Assembly: GCF_964213995.1 (NCBI RefSeq)
Contig: NC_135818.1
Coordinates: forward strand, 47,058,001 to 47,122,000
Reading direction: 5' to 3'
Length of the DNA stretch: 64,000 bases
Source: Mustelus asterias
Taxonomy: Eukaryota
Notes under the pieces: generated by a model
The model's input: the letters and a program-made list of their open reading frames with translations, nothing else
Database searches by the model: none
What the model was told of the DNA's origin: nothing
Shown: positions 62,184 through 64,000 of the stretch, one piece after another
Position numbering within the stretch: position 1 is the first letter of the stretch
Layout: each line of letters opens with the position of its first letter
Translations under genes and position numbers: made by a program

Positions 62184-63314
62184 CTTTTTCCTTGATCTCA
62201 GCCTCCTGTACTATAATGCTGCTGCTCGAGCTTGTACTGGCATCAAACCCATTGGCAGACTCGCTCTCACACAATCCTTCCTGCGATTCTCCAGCAACAC
62301 TGTCCACTTCTATAGTGATGTCACTTTCACTTTTTACGCTACGAACTTCATCCTGATGAAGCAATGCTGGGGAAGCAATTGGCAAAACCTGCTGCACCGA
62401 CGCAGATACAACAGCTATTACTGACTCAGGAGAATTGGATCCCGAGTTTCCAGCATGCATATCTTCACTGTTACTTTTCTCTTTTTCATCAAAGTCATCC
62501 AAATCTACCTCATGGCAAACTAAAGCTTCAGGTCCAATTGGAGGCATAATATCTTCTTCAGTTTTCAATGAAATATCCTCTTCAATTTCTAAACAGGGAG
62601 CTTCCAGTTCCTGCTTCACACACCTGTCTGTCACAATCTCTAAAGGAGAGGCTTCACCATTTTCGAGTTCTAACCTTTCAACAGTTTCAGATTCTTCACA
62701 ATTGCCTGCAAAGCACTCCATTTTCTCAATACCTTCATCTTTTACAGTTTGCGTTTTTTCTTCATTTTCTATCCGAAGCCTTTTATCAGGTGTTAACTGT
62801 TCTGGAGATTTTCTTTTCCCTGGCTTCTTCTCATCATTTGTAAGCTCAGTTGTCAAGCCAGGATCTGTAACTGGGATGGTTTCTTCAGGCACATTGGGAG
62901 CAGGTAGCAGCTTGACCTCTGAGCTTTCCAATGTTTCCATATTTTCTCTGCTTTCAGTAATTATGTGATTAGCAAGGTGAGTCTTGTTATGTTCCGAATA
63001 TAAATCCCGTGTCCTACTCCTCCTTCCTTTGCCCTTTGGCGACTTGTCTACAATCTCTTTCTGTATATCTTCAGCCTGAGTTACCATTTTCTCATTGTCA
63101 GTTTGTTCTATACTTTCTACTTCTTGCTTTACAGATGTGATTTTCAAATTCTCCTCACATGGTAATTCCCTTGTTTCTTGCGTACAAATATCTTTTAGTT
63201 TTTTCCCCTCAGATTTCTCTTCTTCATCTAATGTCTTTGCTGAAACAACATCTTCTTTGACAGATTTGTCGGCTGAAATTTCTATTTCACTTTCATCTGA
63301 GGAGTTGCTAGACC
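62184..63314 (-). CDS. ARID4A: ARID4A large acidic exon
   Basis: 1131-nt open frame containing IMPPIGPEALVCHEVDLDD and RSVKSESDITIEVDSVAGESQEGLCE, which are ARID4A-type motifs; ttatag acceptor and G|GTAGGT donor. Confidence 0.93.
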
Positions 63315-64000
63315 CTATAAAACATGATTTCAAATTAAATATTGAGAATGAAGTAAAAATAAAAATGCAACATTATAATACGTAGTTCAACTAATATCTT
63401 ATTCTGGAATGGACAGAAAATATTAAAGATGTGGTTCTAGAGAACTGGCAGAGAGCTAGCCTATACCTATATTTAAGAAGGGAGATAGAACATGTCTAGG
63501 GTATTTTAGACCAGTCAGCTTAACTTTGGTGGTCGGAAAAATATTGGAATTTCTACTAAAATTGAGAACAGAAGGAAACTTAGAAATTAAAAACATAATA
63601 GCATGGATTTCAAAAGGCTTGAACAATGTAATTGAATTGTTGTGGTGGTGACAGGGACAATAGACAATGGTAATGCAGTAGTTTTAATTTATTTGGAGGT
63701 CTTTCATAAGATGTCCCATAATAGACGATTGTATGAGAACAGAGAATGTGAAGACTGGGGACAAGTGGCAGCACAGATTGCTAGTTGGTTTAAAGACAGA
63801 AAGTGGGAGTAAAAGCTAGCTATTCAGAGCAACAGAAGGTGGGTAATGTTGTTCCACAAGGATTAGTGCTGGGAAAATTGCTGTTCATAATTTACATTAA
63901 TGATTTGGACTTTGAGAGCAAAAATGCAACTTGACAGCAAATTGGAGGATGATGGTCAATACTGAGGAGGACTACAACAAGTTTACTGGAAGGATTGATA

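Noticed and set aside
62435-62968. 177-aa Ser/Phe-rich plus-strand ORF
   Set aside because: Antisense shadow of the acidic ARID4A exon.

Overview
Eukaryotic (vertebrate) DNA, almost certainly a cartilaginous fish (shark-type HE1/V-SINEs, CR1, L2, Rex/Babar LINE, Gypsy and Penelope-like debris). Four spliced genes were assembled by hand, in the order known from human chr14: the 5' end of KIAA0586/TALPID3 (minus; first coding exon 19209-19422), complete TIMM9 (plus, 3 coding exons, 89 aa), a complete TOMM20-family gene at the TOMM20L position (minus, 5 exons, 151 aa) and the last 5 coding exons plus 3'UTR of ARID4A (minus). The TALPID3/TIMM9 promoter region carries G-rich minisatellites, two assembly gaps and a homogeneous ~2.35 kb 28-bp tandem array. 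The most unusual signal is a short Penelope-like terminus carrying a minimal hammerhead-ribozyme motif, inserted twice at the same nucleotide of the V-SINE core. A second family with a degenerate hammerhead motif is also present. No prokaryotic-type system (CRISPR, operon) is supported. All identifications are from visual reading and recalled sequences, not database searches.
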